From IMG/VR virus record IMGVR_UViG_3300036985_003045: 64,000 nt of DNA; one strand, 5' to 3'. Below are positions 25,698 to 35,761 of this stretch, one piece after another. Source of the stretch: a virus. Its lineage: Duplodnaviria > Caudoviricetes. How positions within the stretch are numbered: the first letter of the stretch is position 1; each line of letters opens with the position of its first letter. Under the pieces are notes generated by a model. That model was not told the origin of the DNA and ran no database searches. It worked only from the letters and a program-made list of their open reading frames with translations. The position numbers were made by a program, and so were the translations under genes.

Positions 25698-26426
25698 TTA
25701 TTTAGGAAAATCGTAATTAAAATGCTCCAATTGAAAAGAAAATAACTCTTTTACCAATTGTATTGATTCATCATCATATAATATTTCAGGAGTTACCCAA
25801 TTGGGCTTATTATGTCCTATATTGAATTTACTAAACGTATCGGGTTCCCATTTAATATTCAATTTGTTACACAATATTTCCATGTCATCATTTATTGTTT
25901 CCAATTTAATAAAAAAATCTGGAACAAGTTCAGTGCAAATTTTAAATATATAATCTGAATTTAAACGAATAAATGGCAATTCATGTTTAACCCAAATTCT
26001 AAAATACGTTTTAATATTTTCAGGAATAGGGTCATTAAAAGCCTGCATTTGAAATTGCATTGAAAACATAGGAAATAACAAAGGTCTTCTTGTTAATCCA
26101 TAATAAAAAAATGCAGATATCACAATATTATATGGGTTTCTAATGATTGAAAATTTATAATATGTTTTCCATATATTTACATCTATATTATCCAATAGAA
26201 GCTTCAATTTAACCGATGGTATATGTTCTCCTTGTGTTTTATTAAAAACATTTGCATATTCGCCTTTAGCAGAAGTAATACCAAATTCAGTAAATGTTTC
26301 AGGCATATGCCTAGTTATTTCACTTTCGGGAGAGATGCAATATTTTAAAAAATATTCTCTAACAGAAGTACCTGCAGTTTTTTTAGATTTTAAAAATATA
26401 AACTTTTTACTATGGCTTACTAACAT
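25698..26426 (-). CDS. sulfotransferase family protein
   Basis: FIFLKSKKTAGTS (5'-PSB-like) and FSIIRNPY (3'-PB-like) motifs. Confidence 0.8.
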   Translation of the reverse strand: MLVSHSKKFIFLKSKKTAGTSVREYFLKYCISPESEITRHMPETFTEFGITSAKGEYANVFNKTQGEHIPSVKLKLLLDNIDVNIWKTYYKFSIIRNPYNIVISAFFYYGLTRRPLLFPMFSMQFQMQAFNDPIPENIKTYFRIWVKHELPFIRLNSDYIFKICTELVPDFFIKLETINDDMEILCNKLNIKWEPDTFSKFNIGHNKPNWVTPEILYDDESIQLVKELFSFQLEHFNYDFPK

Positions 26427-26480
26427 ATTGTTTCATTATATTAACTGTTATCTTGCTATTTCGATAATTGATTTTATATA

Positions 26481-27500
26481 CTATTTATCCACTAAATTGT
26501 CTTCAAATATTTCCCAACAGTTTTCCCAAGTCCATTTCTTTGAATGTTTCTCTACATCATCACGTTCGAGATATAAACAAGCACCTATTGCATCTTCAAT
26601 ATCTTCATTCATAAACCCAGTAACACCTTGTTCTATGACATCAATGGGTCCAGCAACAGGATATGCAGCAACAGGAGTGCCCATTGACATAGATTCTATC
26701 ATAACAATACCAAATGTATCTGTTCTACTTGGAAAACATAACACATCAGCATTTCTATAATATTGGGCAAGTTCTTTACCTTTCTTATAACCAACAAACT
26801 CTACATTTGGATATTTAGTTTCTAATTCTTTTCGGTATGGTCCATCACCAACGATTTTGATTTTGAAATCTAACATAGAATAATTAATTTTACATAGGTC
26901 ATCTAATCCTTTCTCTTTGGAAACACGACCAACATATAAAATTGTTTCGCCTTTAGAAACTTCTCTAGTAATATCACTGAATATTTCTGTATCAACACCT
27001 CTAGTCCAAGGGATAACATCAGCGGTAAACCCATTAGATTTAAGTTCATCAACCATTGTTTGTGTAGTTGTTAAAACTTTCTTTGAGTTTTTATGGAACC
27101 ACCTAACATACTTATATGTAATTGATTCTGGAATACCGTAAATTTCCTTAAGAAATTCTGGGAATTTAGTATGATAAGAAGAATTATAATTATAACCTTT
27201 CTTATTACAATAATTTCTTACTGCTAATCCTACAGTTCCTTCAGTAGCAATATGTATGTAATCTGGATTGATTCTTTCGACTATCTTACCAACATTAAAA
27301 GGTATGCTGATTTTAACTTCAGGATACCCCAAGGCTGAGAAGTGAAAGAACAAACTTGGATCAATATAACTTATCTTGTAATTATTTTTTAATGCTTGCT
27401 TTTCTACATTAGTAAAGGTTGTAACAACACCATTAACTTGGTCTAAAAGATTATCTGTTACTATTAGGATTCTTTTCACAAGATGCTTTTCTTCAGGCAA
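26481..27500 (-). CDS. GT4 glycosyltransferase, Agt/glycolipid-synthase-like (likely start GTG 27479)
   Basis: ILIVTD...QVNGVVTT, HIATEGTVG, YHTKFPE, WTRGVD, YVGRVSKEKG, FPSRTDTFGIVMIESMSMGTPVAAY. Confidence 0.88.
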   Translation of the reverse strand: MPEEKHLVKRILIVTDNLLDQVNGVVTTFTNVEKQALKNNYKISYIDPSLFFHFSALGYPEVKISIPFNVGKIVERINPDYIHIATEGTVGLAVRNYCNKKGYNYNSSYHTKFPEFLKEIYGIPESITYKYVRWFHKNSKKVLTTTQTMVDELKSNGFTADVIPWTRGVDTEIFSDITREVSKGETILYVGRVSKEKGLDDLCKINYSMLDFKIKIVGDGPYRKELETKYPNVEFVGYKKGKELAQYYRNADVLCFPSRTDTFGIVMIESMSMGTPVAAYPVAGPIDVIEQGVTGFMNEDIEDAIGACLYLERDDVEKHSKKWTWENCWEIFEDNLVDK

Positions 27501-27652
27501 ACATATAACTCACCGTCTCTATGTTCTTTTGATTTTTGTAATTGTTCTACTGCAACTTTGCACAATTCAGGTGAAGTAAATTCCCCGATTGGTTGCCAAA
27601 AAAGACTAGTACCCAATGCTGCCACTGCTTGTAATGCTACTAAAATATACAT
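27476..27652 (-). CDS. small exported hypothetical protein (58 aa, not in track)
   Basis: MYILVALQAVAALG...CKVAVEQL...YVC; its TGA overlaps the GTG of the glycosyltransferase. Confidence 0.5.
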   Translation of the reverse strand: MYILVALQAVAALGTSLFWQPIGEFTSPELCKVAVEQLQKSKEHRDGELYVCLKKSIL

Positions 27653-27661
27653 AAATTATTC

Positions 27662-28411
27662 CTATATTATTTTGTCCCAAGTGATTATTTCCCAAGTACC
27701 ATCTAAATGTTCTACTAAAGCTGTCATACTTTCTACCCAATCGCCATCATTCATATACATCAATCCATCTATCTCTTTTATTTCTGCGTGATGGATATGT
27801 CCACAAATGATCCCAGCATATCCTCGCTTCTTACAATAATTTATTAGATTAACTTCAAATTCAAATATAAAATCTACTGCTGATTTTACTTTATGTTTCA
27901 GATAAGCACTAAGAGACCAATATCCAAATCCCATCTTATGTCGCACCCAATTGAACTTGTTGTTAAGATTCAATATAAGGTCATAACCTTTATCACCGAT
28001 GAATCCCAACCAAGGAGCAATAGTAGATATACCATCGAATAAGTCACCGTGTATAACCAGATATCGTTTACCGTCTATACCAAGATGGTCAATTTGATTA
28101 ACAATTTCTATATCACCGAATCCTATACCATATGGCATTAATGGTCTTAGGAATTCATCGTGGTTACCAGCAACATAGATTACTCTAGTTTTTCTTTTAG
28201 CTAATTTAAGTATCATTTGAACAACATTAGAATGTGATTGGTTCCACATCCATTTATTTTGTTGGATACGCCATCCATCAATTATATCACCGACAAGATA
28301 AAGTGTTTCACATTTATTATGTTTAAGGAAATTGTGCAGTTCTAATGCTTTGCAATCCCTAGTTCCGAGATGGACATCAGATATAAAGATGGATTTATAA
28401 TTGCTCTTCAT
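27662..28411 (-). CDS. metallophosphoesterase, PlcP-like phospholipase C (UDP-2,3-diacylglucosamine hydrolase superfamily)
   Basis: SIFISDVHLG, LVGDIIDGW, YVAGNHDE, IHGDLFD, ICGHIHH, YMNDGDWVES. Confidence 0.85.
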   Translation of the reverse strand: MKSNYKSIFISDVHLGTRDCKALELHNFLKHNKCETLYLVGDIIDGWRIQQNKWMWNQSHSNVVQMILKLAKRKTRVIYVAGNHDEFLRPLMPYGIGFGDIEIVNQIDHLGIDGKRYLVIHGDLFDGISTIAPWLGFIGDKGYDLILNLNNKFNWVRHKMGFGYWSLSAYLKHKVKSAVDFIFEFEVNLINYCKKRGYAGIICGHIHHAEIKEIDGLMYMNDGDWVESMTALVEHLDGTWEIITWDKII

Positions 28412-28601
28412 TAGAATTGTGTTAGAGCAGTTTCAACGATTACTGCAACAGCCAGAACAACTGAAAGTATAAGGGATACTGAAAGGACTAATGCTAACCT
28501 CATTGCATATCCTCAATAACCCTAATTATTAAAATAAAAAGAGCAACTGAAGCGACCCAGACAGCGCATTTTAGAATGAACAAGTTTAATTTTTTCATAC
28601 G

Positions 28602-28817
28602 TTACTCTATATAAGTTATTGTTGGAACATATTCAAACTGTCTTTTATGGTTGGATACTGTTTGTTTTGCTTCTTCCATACTATCGTGCCAAACAAACCA
28701 GTCTGTATCTGAAATATTTTTCCAACTGTTATGCCTCGCCATATCTATATATTCTGCTCTAAATTTTTCACCAGTTACAGTCATAGCACTAATTACTCTA
28801 TAATTTATCATATTCAT
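28602..28817 (-). CDS. hypothetical protein (paralog of 10856..11074)
   Basis: near-identical sequence. Confidence 0.75.
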   Translation of the reverse strand: MNMINYRVISAMTVTGEKFRAEYIDMARHNSWKNISDTDWFVWHDSMEEAKQTVSNHKRQFEYVPTITYIE

Positions 28818-28988
28818 TTGTAACCCATAATTCTTTCATTGAGAAAACTAAATGCTGGATAGAACCAATATCCTGCCACCATAAACCATACATTAGATAC
28901 TCCATATTGTTCTAATGTAATACCCAAGAGACACCATAAAGCAACACCTATAATAATACTTACCAACATCAATAACGCAAATTTCATA

Positions 28989-29627
28989 TCAACTCCAAAG
29001 ACTTCTGTAATATTTCCCGAACAATTCAAATCCATTCTGGATTCTTGCTTCATAGGCATTGATTCCAACCCAATCATATACTTGTGTATGGTTTGGACCG
29101 TGTTTCATTTCGTGACAAGTATCACCCTCATATACTTCATCAGATTCAACCCAAATGACATCAGATTCCCCAGTTATAAACTGTGCCATCCAATTGTCAG
29201 TAATCTTAGCTTCAAATGCAAATACCATCTCTTGAAGTATCCAGTCCCAACGTTTGAACCAATTATCATCAGTATCCCATTCTTCTTCACATCTTGGAGC
29301 ATTCATAGATTTTAGTTCGTCTGGAACGTCCGCATCATCAACATAAGGTGCGCCTTGTTTAGATTTCTGTAATTCTTTTAACATCGGTAGAATAATTGGA
29401 GCAAGTGTATGGTCCATACTCCAGGTATCCCAAGGGTCTATCTTTATATATTCAATTTTAGGATGAACTGTATCAAGGAACTTCTGATTCCATTTACATA
29501 CAGTCTGAAGCCAAATTGGTGGCTCTTTCTTGTAGGCATCATAGTTCTTTCTCCAATAGAAAAACTTCTCAAGGATTATGTAAGGAGACAGCCAATGATT
29601 CCTGTAGTTTCCGATTACTATTTTCAT
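28989..29627 (-). CDS. conserved hypothetical protein (paralog of 12062..12700)
   Basis: colinear 212 aa. Confidence 0.85.
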   Translation of the reverse strand: MKIVIGNYRNHWLSPYIILEKFFYWRKNYDAYKKEPPIWLQTVCKWNQKFLDTVHPKIEYIKIDPWDTWSMDHTLAPIILPMLKELQKSKQGAPYVDDADVPDELKSMNAPRCEEEWDTDDNWFKRWDWILQEMVFAFEAKITDNWMAQFITGESDVIWVESDEVYEGDTCHEMKHGPNHTQVYDWVGINAYEARIQNGFELFGKYYRSLWS

Positions 29628-29630
29628 TCT

Positions 29631-29876
29631 TCAACTCCAAAAATTATATTGTCTTCGCCAGTCATGGTTGATGCCCAATCTTTCACATATCAACCATTCT
29701 GGGCTATCGCTAAGGGTAATGACTTCATCCGATATATTGAGAATTTCCTTCGCAATCAATTCAGCAAACTTTTCCCAATCAACATTAGATTCAACAACAC
29801 CAGATTGTATAGCAAATTCTAATAATTTATCGTTCATTCTTCTATTCCAAAATGATTTTTGATTGAGCCAATACAA
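29631..29876 (-). CDS. hypothetical protein, EKFAELI family
   Basis: WEKFAELIAKE. Confidence 0.6.
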   Translation of the reverse strand: MYWLNQKSFWNRRMNDKLLEFAIQSGVVESNVDWEKFAELIAKEILNISDEVITLSDSPEWLICERLGINHDWRRQYNFWS

Positions 29877-30103
29877 AATTCTGGACCAATCTCAGGATCA
29901 ACCCCAACCCAGCTTTTTGTTTCTTTAAGATCTTTATCAATTTCAATCCATTCTTCACACAACATTATACATTCCTTCACAATCAATTCAGCAAACTTTT
30001 CCTCGTTTAATCGCAATACACAATCTTTATCGCCATAATAATCGGTATAGACATATATTTCCATTGCCTGCTTTTTGAGTTTTTCTACGTTATCGTTCAT
30101 CAA
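29834..30103 (-). CDS. hypothetical protein, EKFAELI family
   Basis: EEKFAELIVKEC...IKNHFGIEE. Confidence 0.7.
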   Translation of the reverse strand: MMNDNVEKLKKQAMEIYVYTDYYGDKDCVLRLNEEKFAELIVKECIMLCEEWIEIDKDLKETKSWVGVDPEIGPEFCIGSIKNHFGIEE

Positions 30104-30365
30104 CTACTCCAAAATGTTGTTTCATAGCACTGCAACAATCAGCAACAGCAGCATATAAAATACCTTCTTCCCGTGCTGCAAAGCATTTTCTCATATATTC
30201 ATCAAGTAAATCGTCTTCGCATACACGAACACATTCTTGGATAATCAATTCAGCAAACTTTTCCAATTCTGGTAAATCTAATTTGATAAGTAGTGAACCC
30301 TCGTATGGTCTAGTAATAGTTCGTCCAGAAGATTTAGACAATATTTCAAAGAATTTATCGTTCAT
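30090..30365 (-). CDS. hypothetical protein, EKFAELI family
   Basis: LEKFAELIIQEC...MKQHFGV. Confidence 0.7.
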   Translation of the reverse strand: MNDKFFEILSKSSGRTITRPYEGSLLIKLDLPELEKFAELIIQECVRVCEDDLLDEYMRKCFAAREEGILYAAVADCCSAMKQHFGVVDER

Positions 30366-30548
30366 TCTTCACCCACTTATTTCCAAGAATTAAAAACTGC
30401 ATCTTTCTCCAAAACCAGTTAGGTTCGTTGTCTTTATTTGGATGATATACCAAACCATTACCATCTGGACGACTACCAAACATATAACATTTCCATTCTG
30501 ATTTTTCAGGAATGGATAGTGTATAGGTTGCATTTTGGATATCTTCAT

Positions 30549-30941
30549 TCATAATCTTATTTCCTCTAATGATATTGTATGTTCTCTACCCAGATTATTC
30601 ACTACAATACCTGTTCCCAATGTCCATCCACACTTTTCCTCAAATCTAACTATATGAACATATAATGTATGATTTGGATACTTCTGTCTATGATATTCTA
30701 CTACACGACCAACATATAATTGTTTCAACAACCAAACAAATCCTTGACCTTCTAGTTCATCGGTCTTTTGTTCTTCATACGATTTACGAGGTTCTTCACG
30801 TTTTGTTGGATCATTGTGATATTGAGCATACGGATCTACTGGTTTTTCAAATAGACCAGTACATTGAGGACCACCTTTTTTATCTGTAAATCTATCAACA
30901 CTTCCAAAACCACTCATTATTCTACTCCAATGCCGTAACAT
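30549..30941 (-). CDS. hypothetical protein
   Basis: ORF in a packed early unit. Confidence 0.55.
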   Translation of the reverse strand: MLRHWSRIMSGFGSVDRFTDKKGGPQCTGLFEKPVDPYAQYHNDPTKREEPRKSYEEQKTDELEGQGFVWLLKQLYVGRVVEYHRQKYPNHTLYVHIVRFEEKCGWTLGTGIVVNNLGREHTISLEEIRL

Positions 30942-31294
30942 TTCTCAGCATCTCTAAATCCCCATATGTATTCCTGCTTGTCCATCGCCCAAGTATGTTG
31001 GCTATACCAGACTTCCAGTTCTCCATCTTCGATAGACTCACGTTTTTGTGGGTCTTTTCTTCCGGTTTCATATCCATCAAGCCACAATTCAGAAGGAAGT
31101 ATCTCTACTTCAATGCCATCTTCAATTCTTAATATCTTTTGATACACACCTTCTTCTTCAGGTTGGGCGAGGAGTTCTTGTATTTCTCTACTTAGTTTTA
31201 TACAAGTTCTTGATGTATCACTATCTTCTTCCCAATCAGAAGGTTCTAAAAAATAAAGCGATCTTTCCAACAACTCTCTTTCTTTATTCATCAT
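30917..31294 (-). CDS. hypothetical protein (related to 37853..38146)
   Basis: ERELL...ELLAQPE..KRES pattern shared. Confidence 0.6.
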   Translation of the reverse strand: MMNKERELLERSLYFLEPSDWEEDSDTSRTCIKLSREIQELLAQPEEEGVYQKILRIEDGIEVEILPSELWLDGYETGRKDPQKRESIEDGELEVWYSQHTWAMDKQEYIWGFRDAEKCYGIGVE

Positions 31295-31358
31295 AATTCC
31301 TCAACACAAAAACAGAACAATGGATATAAACACTAAAGAAACGCATACTATATTTTCA

Positions 31359-31634
31359 CTACTCATCATCTACCCCAAAATGGTTCTTGATAGCATCATA
31401 ATATTGGTCAACAGTATTATCATAAACTCTAAGTAATGCTGCTGAACCATATTGTGATTCCGACCCAGCACCAGCAGAATCCATTGCATCAAAAGGATTA
31501 AGGTCACTGCTTAATGACAAACATTCTTTGATAATCAACTTGGCGTAATTCTGCATCATTAATTTTACATCTACGGCATTACCCAAGTTGGCTGATTGTT
31601 CTGCTTCTTGTGCAAGTTCCAATAATATACTCAT
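31359..31634 (-). CDS. hypothetical protein, EKFAELI family
   Basis: YAKLIIKECL...IKNHFGV. Confidence 0.65.
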   Translation of the reverse strand: MSILLELAQEAEQSANLGNAVDVKLMMQNYAKLIIKECLSLSSDLNPFDAMDSAGAGSESQYGSAALLRVYDNTVDQYYDAIKNHFGVDDE

Positions 31635-31861
31635 ACCCTATACTCCAAGTCTGTGTAAAATTTCTCACCAGTATCTTTATCAATAACGATACATCTTGGG
31701 AACGATTTGTTCCATTCAACATTGTGGCGATTTAGGAAGTTACAATTAGCAATAGCATCTTCGCAGGTTCTATGTGATTCTACAAAGCCATCAGTGTTGA
31801 TGTTTTTGATGATGAATCTATCAGTGGGATTGTTTTGATTGATATGTAAAATAGTCATAAT

Positions 31862-32134
31862 TCAATCCCAATAAAAATTTTCAATACTTACGCCATCTTT
31901 ATCATTCATCCAACCACCATTAGGTTCTAAATCTCTGATAGTAAATGATTCATTATTATACACTTCCATACGGTAAATATTATCAGTATCACCACCAATT
32001 TCTACAATAAGTTCATTACCATTTTCTAATATGGCAGAATAACGGAAATGATACTTGTAATAAGAACTAAAAGTAACTTCTATATCACCATATTTTTCAA
32101 TAAATTCTTCATAATTCATAATATAATCTCTCAC
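31862..32134 (-). CDS. hypothetical protein
   Basis: packed ORF. Confidence 0.6.
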   Translation of the reverse strand: MRDYIMNYEEFIEKYGDIEVTFSSYYKYHFRYSAILENGNELIVEIGGDTDNIYRMEVYNNESFTIRDLEPNGGWMNDKDGVSIENFYWD

Positions 32135-32460
32135 CCATTGACCACCCTGAATGCAATCTGTTTCGTTACAATTTCACTTTCTTCCCTCACCAATACCTCT
32201 ACTTCATTAGCTCTTAGGATATAACTGGTCACTTTTGTACCACTAAACATTCCTGCATTAATACATTCTTTTGATCCAAACTTATCATTCAAGAAATCTA
32301 TGGTTAATTCTTCACTTCTAATTGGTATGTAAATTTTATCATTCATAATATAATCTCTCTTATTTAAATAATTTACAAAACTTCTCAACTAAATAGGGGA
32401 AACTTAAAACAGCCCACCCAAACCCCATTGACATAATCGTATAAAACCATTCAACATTAC

Positions 32461-32703
32461 TCATAACTCATACCCACTAGTGAATCTATCAACTCTGAAA
32501 TAATTTACTTCATCAAATGAAACTAGATATCGGGGAACTTCAGTTTTAACATCATCAACTGTCCAACTATAATTTCTTACTTCAGCATCTTTTACAACAC
32601 CAACTACTGCATCAACAACACCGTTGATTACAACACCAACAGTCAATCCGATAACTGAAGTAGGATCTTTTTTCATCATTTCAAGTATATACATGTTATG
32701 CAC
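32461..32703 (-). CDS. hypothetical protein
   Basis: packed ORF. Confidence 0.55.
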   Translation of the reverse strand: MHNMYILEMMKKDPTSVIGLTVGVVINGVVDAVVGVVKDAEVRNYSWTVDDVKTEVPRYLVSFDEVNYFRVDRFTSGYEL

Positions 32704-32929
32704 TCACTTTGTTAAAAAGTTCATTCCACATTATCTTTTGTTGTATGTACTTATAAAATGATAAAGCAGGAATACCATTAGCACGACATTCAAAACTTGA
32801 TTCTTCCCAACCTTCATAGAACATATCCATTTCTTCTTTAGTAGAACTACCAAGTTCTGTCATTAAGGATTTTTCAGCAGGAGTAAATGATTTCATAATA
32901 TATAGCCTCTTTAATTAGTTTATGGGTCT

Positions 32930-32957
32930 ATTATATCATGTATTTTGGAAATGTAAA
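32930..32957 (-). promoter_or_regulatory. early promoter (TTTACA-N16-TATAAT)
   Basis: attata 32930-32935, tgtaaa 32952-32957. Confidence 0.85.
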
Positions 32958-33453
32958 CGTTTTATTTCACTTTGTGTGAATATTTTTCATATTTATCTTT
33001 ACTTGATTTCTTTATATCAATAAGCATATCTGGATTATTGATACGTAAATCTTCAAATACAATTTTACAAACTTCTTGCCATTCAATATCTTCATCTGGG
33101 TGAAATGGTATACAATCGTGATATTTTATCGACAATTCAGCATATCGCTTATTTGCTTCTTTTAGTGTCATAATTAACTCTTTGGAAAGTAGTCCATAGA
33201 TTTACTAATGCATATTTTGGACTGACAATTCCAACAAGGATAATCGCCAATCCAAATAATATGATAAAGATTCGTTCAAATATAAATCTAACAATCGTAT
33301 TCATTTTTGTAATTTACACCCTCAATTCTAAGATTAACTACTTCAACGAAATCCTTTAATCTTGCTATATGATAACTAACACTATTGGAATCTATTTTCA
33401 TAGATATTTGCTTTAATAAATCAGTATAAACTTTCTTTTCTTCAGTTGTCATT

Positions 33454-33966
33454 TCATTCATAATAGTAATAAAACTCCTCAATTGTTTCTTTCCAAGATG
33501 TGTGCAATATTGCTTTACCACCTTTAGCTCGCCATTGATCTATGTTAGAAATTGTATCATCAATCAATAGTCTATCAGGTCTAGCATAAGTTTGCTTTAA
33601 TATCTTTCCAGGTACAAATATAGCAGGATATTTAATATCATAATCTTTTAACCATTGTTTTTTTTGACTTGATATAGTTTGCTTAAGTTCAATTCTAGCA
33701 GTTGATGATAATATCTTTATGGTAAAATCATATCGTTTAAATGCAAGAATATCTAAAAACCTAATACCTTCATCTAAATCTGGCATAGGATCAAGTGTAG
33801 CAAATTGCTCTTCATCGACCATAGTAGCAAATCTACCTTTATAGGCACTCTTTTCTTTACTTTTAGATGGATAGTCTACTTCAGGTTCTTCTTTAAACCT
33901 TTCTACAAATCTCTTCTTGAAATCTGCCAATACACCATCCATATCCACATATATTGTTTTAATCAT
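33454..33966 (-). CDS. HAD-family 5'(3')-deoxyribonucleotidase-like protein
   Basis: YVDMDGVLADF, ILSS, LLIDDTISNIDQWRAKGG. Confidence 0.85.
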   Translation of the reverse strand: MIKTIYVDMDGVLADFKKRFVERFKEEPEVDYPSKSKEKSAYKGRFATMVDEEQFATLDPMPDLDEGIRFLDILAFKRYDFTIKILSSTARIELKQTISSQKKQWLKDYDIKYPAIFVPGKILKQTYARPDRLLIDDTISNIDQWRAKGGKAILHTSWKETIEEFYYYYE

Positions 33967-34271
33967 AATTTATATCTATCTTTCATGGAAAATGTTAATG
34001 GAATATCTATTAACTCAGATTCAATCTTTTTTTTTTCAAGCTTAAACTTTGCATAAGCCCAAGTTAATGGCAATATTATTAAATAATAAATTGCAGATAT
34101 TGAAAGTGTAATTAGTATATAAACCGCAGCAACTTTATCAAATGGTTTTGGTAAAAACACAAATGAAAAACATATAACTAAATGGAAAAACAATGCTATA
34201 TAAAAATAATTAATATTCTTAAATATCCACTTTAAAAACTCTACTTTATCTTGCATCATATCTCCTAACAC
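33963..34271 (-). CDS. hypothetical membrane protein
   Basis: two hydrophobic segments. Confidence 0.55.
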   Translation of the reverse strand: MLGDMMQDKVEFLKWIFKNINYFYIALFFHLVICFSFVFLPKPFDKVAAVYILITLSISAIYYLIILPLTWAYAKFKLEKKKIESELIDIPLTFSMKDRYKL

Positions 34272-34896
34272 GGACCAGTTAAATATATTCTTCTATATAC
34301 AATATAGTTATTAGCAACTATCACAAATACAATAGTCATTATACACGAAATAACTAATTCACCCGTTATAATTAAAATAAACAATGAACTAACTATTAAA
34401 AACATCAAAATAAAATCCATAGTATAAACTATAAAAGTCTTCATTCTACCTCTTCTTCTGTATTAACACAAACTGCCCTTTTAATCTTTTTATAATTACC
34501 TACATCTGTTTTCTGAATCAATCCAACTTCACAATCTGATGCATTTGGATATTCATATACTGCTATTTGCCCTGTAAACATTACAATTAGTAATAGGTAC
34601 ATTAATTATTTTCCTTTCTAGCAACTAAACCAAAGTAGAACGACATAACACCTAATGCCAACCATACTGCGGGTTGTACTCCTGGATCAAACTGATTAAC
34701 TTCTATATATAATAAAGAACCAACCATCATTAATGCACCAACAACTAAACGAATTAAACCTTTCATTTTTATATCCTCAAATATTAAAAATAAGACTAGC
34801 AGCCATATACAATATACCGGTAGTAATTGCCATTGTTATCATTTGAATTGTTTGTTTCATAATATAATATTCCTCATTTATTTAGTTTATGTGTCT

Positions 34897-34924
34897 ATTA
34901 TATCATGTATTTTAGAAATGTAAA
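34897..34924 (-). promoter_or_regulatory. early promoter (TTTACA-N16-TATAAT)
   Basis: attata 34897-34902, tgtaaa 34919-34924. Confidence 0.85.
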
Positions 34925-34944
34925 CGTTTATTTTCACTAAAGTA

Positions 34945-35346
34945 CTATTTAATTCCTATTCTTTCTAACACAAAGAAGGCAATTGCTCCAAAGTTAAATA
35001 CTGTTGATATCACTAATAATGAAAATAATTTGATGTTCCAATTTTTGTATTCTTGTAAATCATCACCTAGACGTTGAAGTTCTTCAAAATTTTGCATAGA
35101 TTCACTTTGATGTTCTTTAAGGTCATCTTCTCTCCATCTATTAACTTTACTAATTAACACATTAAGTCCTTCAATACACGTTTTATGCGTTTCAATTTCG
35201 TCATTACGATCTCTGATAACATCAAACAATGCGTCTTCACAACCTTTTAGTACAACTTCAAACTCATCATGTTTAACCCATTTACCAGTATCAGATTTAA
35301 TCAGTTGTGCGAACGCACCAGTAAATCTTTGCTTATATCTTTCCAT
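34945..35346 (-). CDS. hypothetical membrane-anchored protein (paralog of 1543..1845)
   Basis: shared N- and C-termini with a longer central coiled coil. Confidence 0.75.
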   Translation of the reverse strand: MERYKQRFTGAFAQLIKSDTGKWVKHDEFEVVLKGCEDALFDVIRDRNDEIETHKTCIEGLNVLISKVNRWREDDLKEHQSESMQNFEELQRLGDDLQEYKNWNIKLFSLLVISTVFNFGAIAFFVLERIGIK

Positions 35347-35347
35347 T

Positions 35348-35761
35348 TTAATACTCCATTAAATCTTCGTTATCATATGTCACAAACGCTTCAAGTTTTT
35401 CTTCATCAGTCCAAGAACTGCAATAATCATTATCATCATCACATAACTTTAGGACTTGATCTCGGGATACTACTCTATGGGATACGATAGTTTCACCGAG
35501 AGATAATTGAGAGAACTCTTTGGCTTCTTCCATTGTAACTGTATCTAATGCCCAATCTGCGTGTCCAAATGGAACTTCAACAACATAACGCATACGATAT
35601 TGTTGGATACATTCCACTAATACTAATTGCGTTTCTTCACCAGGATACGGTATGCCTCTTGCTTGTTCACTCATTTTCATATCTTCGGTTTTGTCATACC
35701 AATAATTTACTTCACCTGGATACGTTGCACCTGTTGGACCATCTTCTCTAATTTCACTCAT
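35348..35761 (-). CDS. hypothetical protein (paralog of 12963..13259, N-terminally extended)
   Basis: shared core and identical DLMEY end. Confidence 0.75.
   Translation of the reverse strand: MSEIREDGPTGATYPGEVNYWYDKTEDMKMSEQARGIPYPGEETQLVLVECIQQYRMRYVVEVPFGHADWALDTVTMEEAKEFSQLSLGETIVSHRVVSRDQVLKLCDDDNDYCSSWTDEEKLEAFVTYDNEDLMEY

Noticed and set aside
27662-28411. LpxH (lipid A biosynthesis) call
   Set aside because: It has GNHD instead of the LpxH GNRD and is paired with a GT4 gene, which favours a PlcP-like enzyme.
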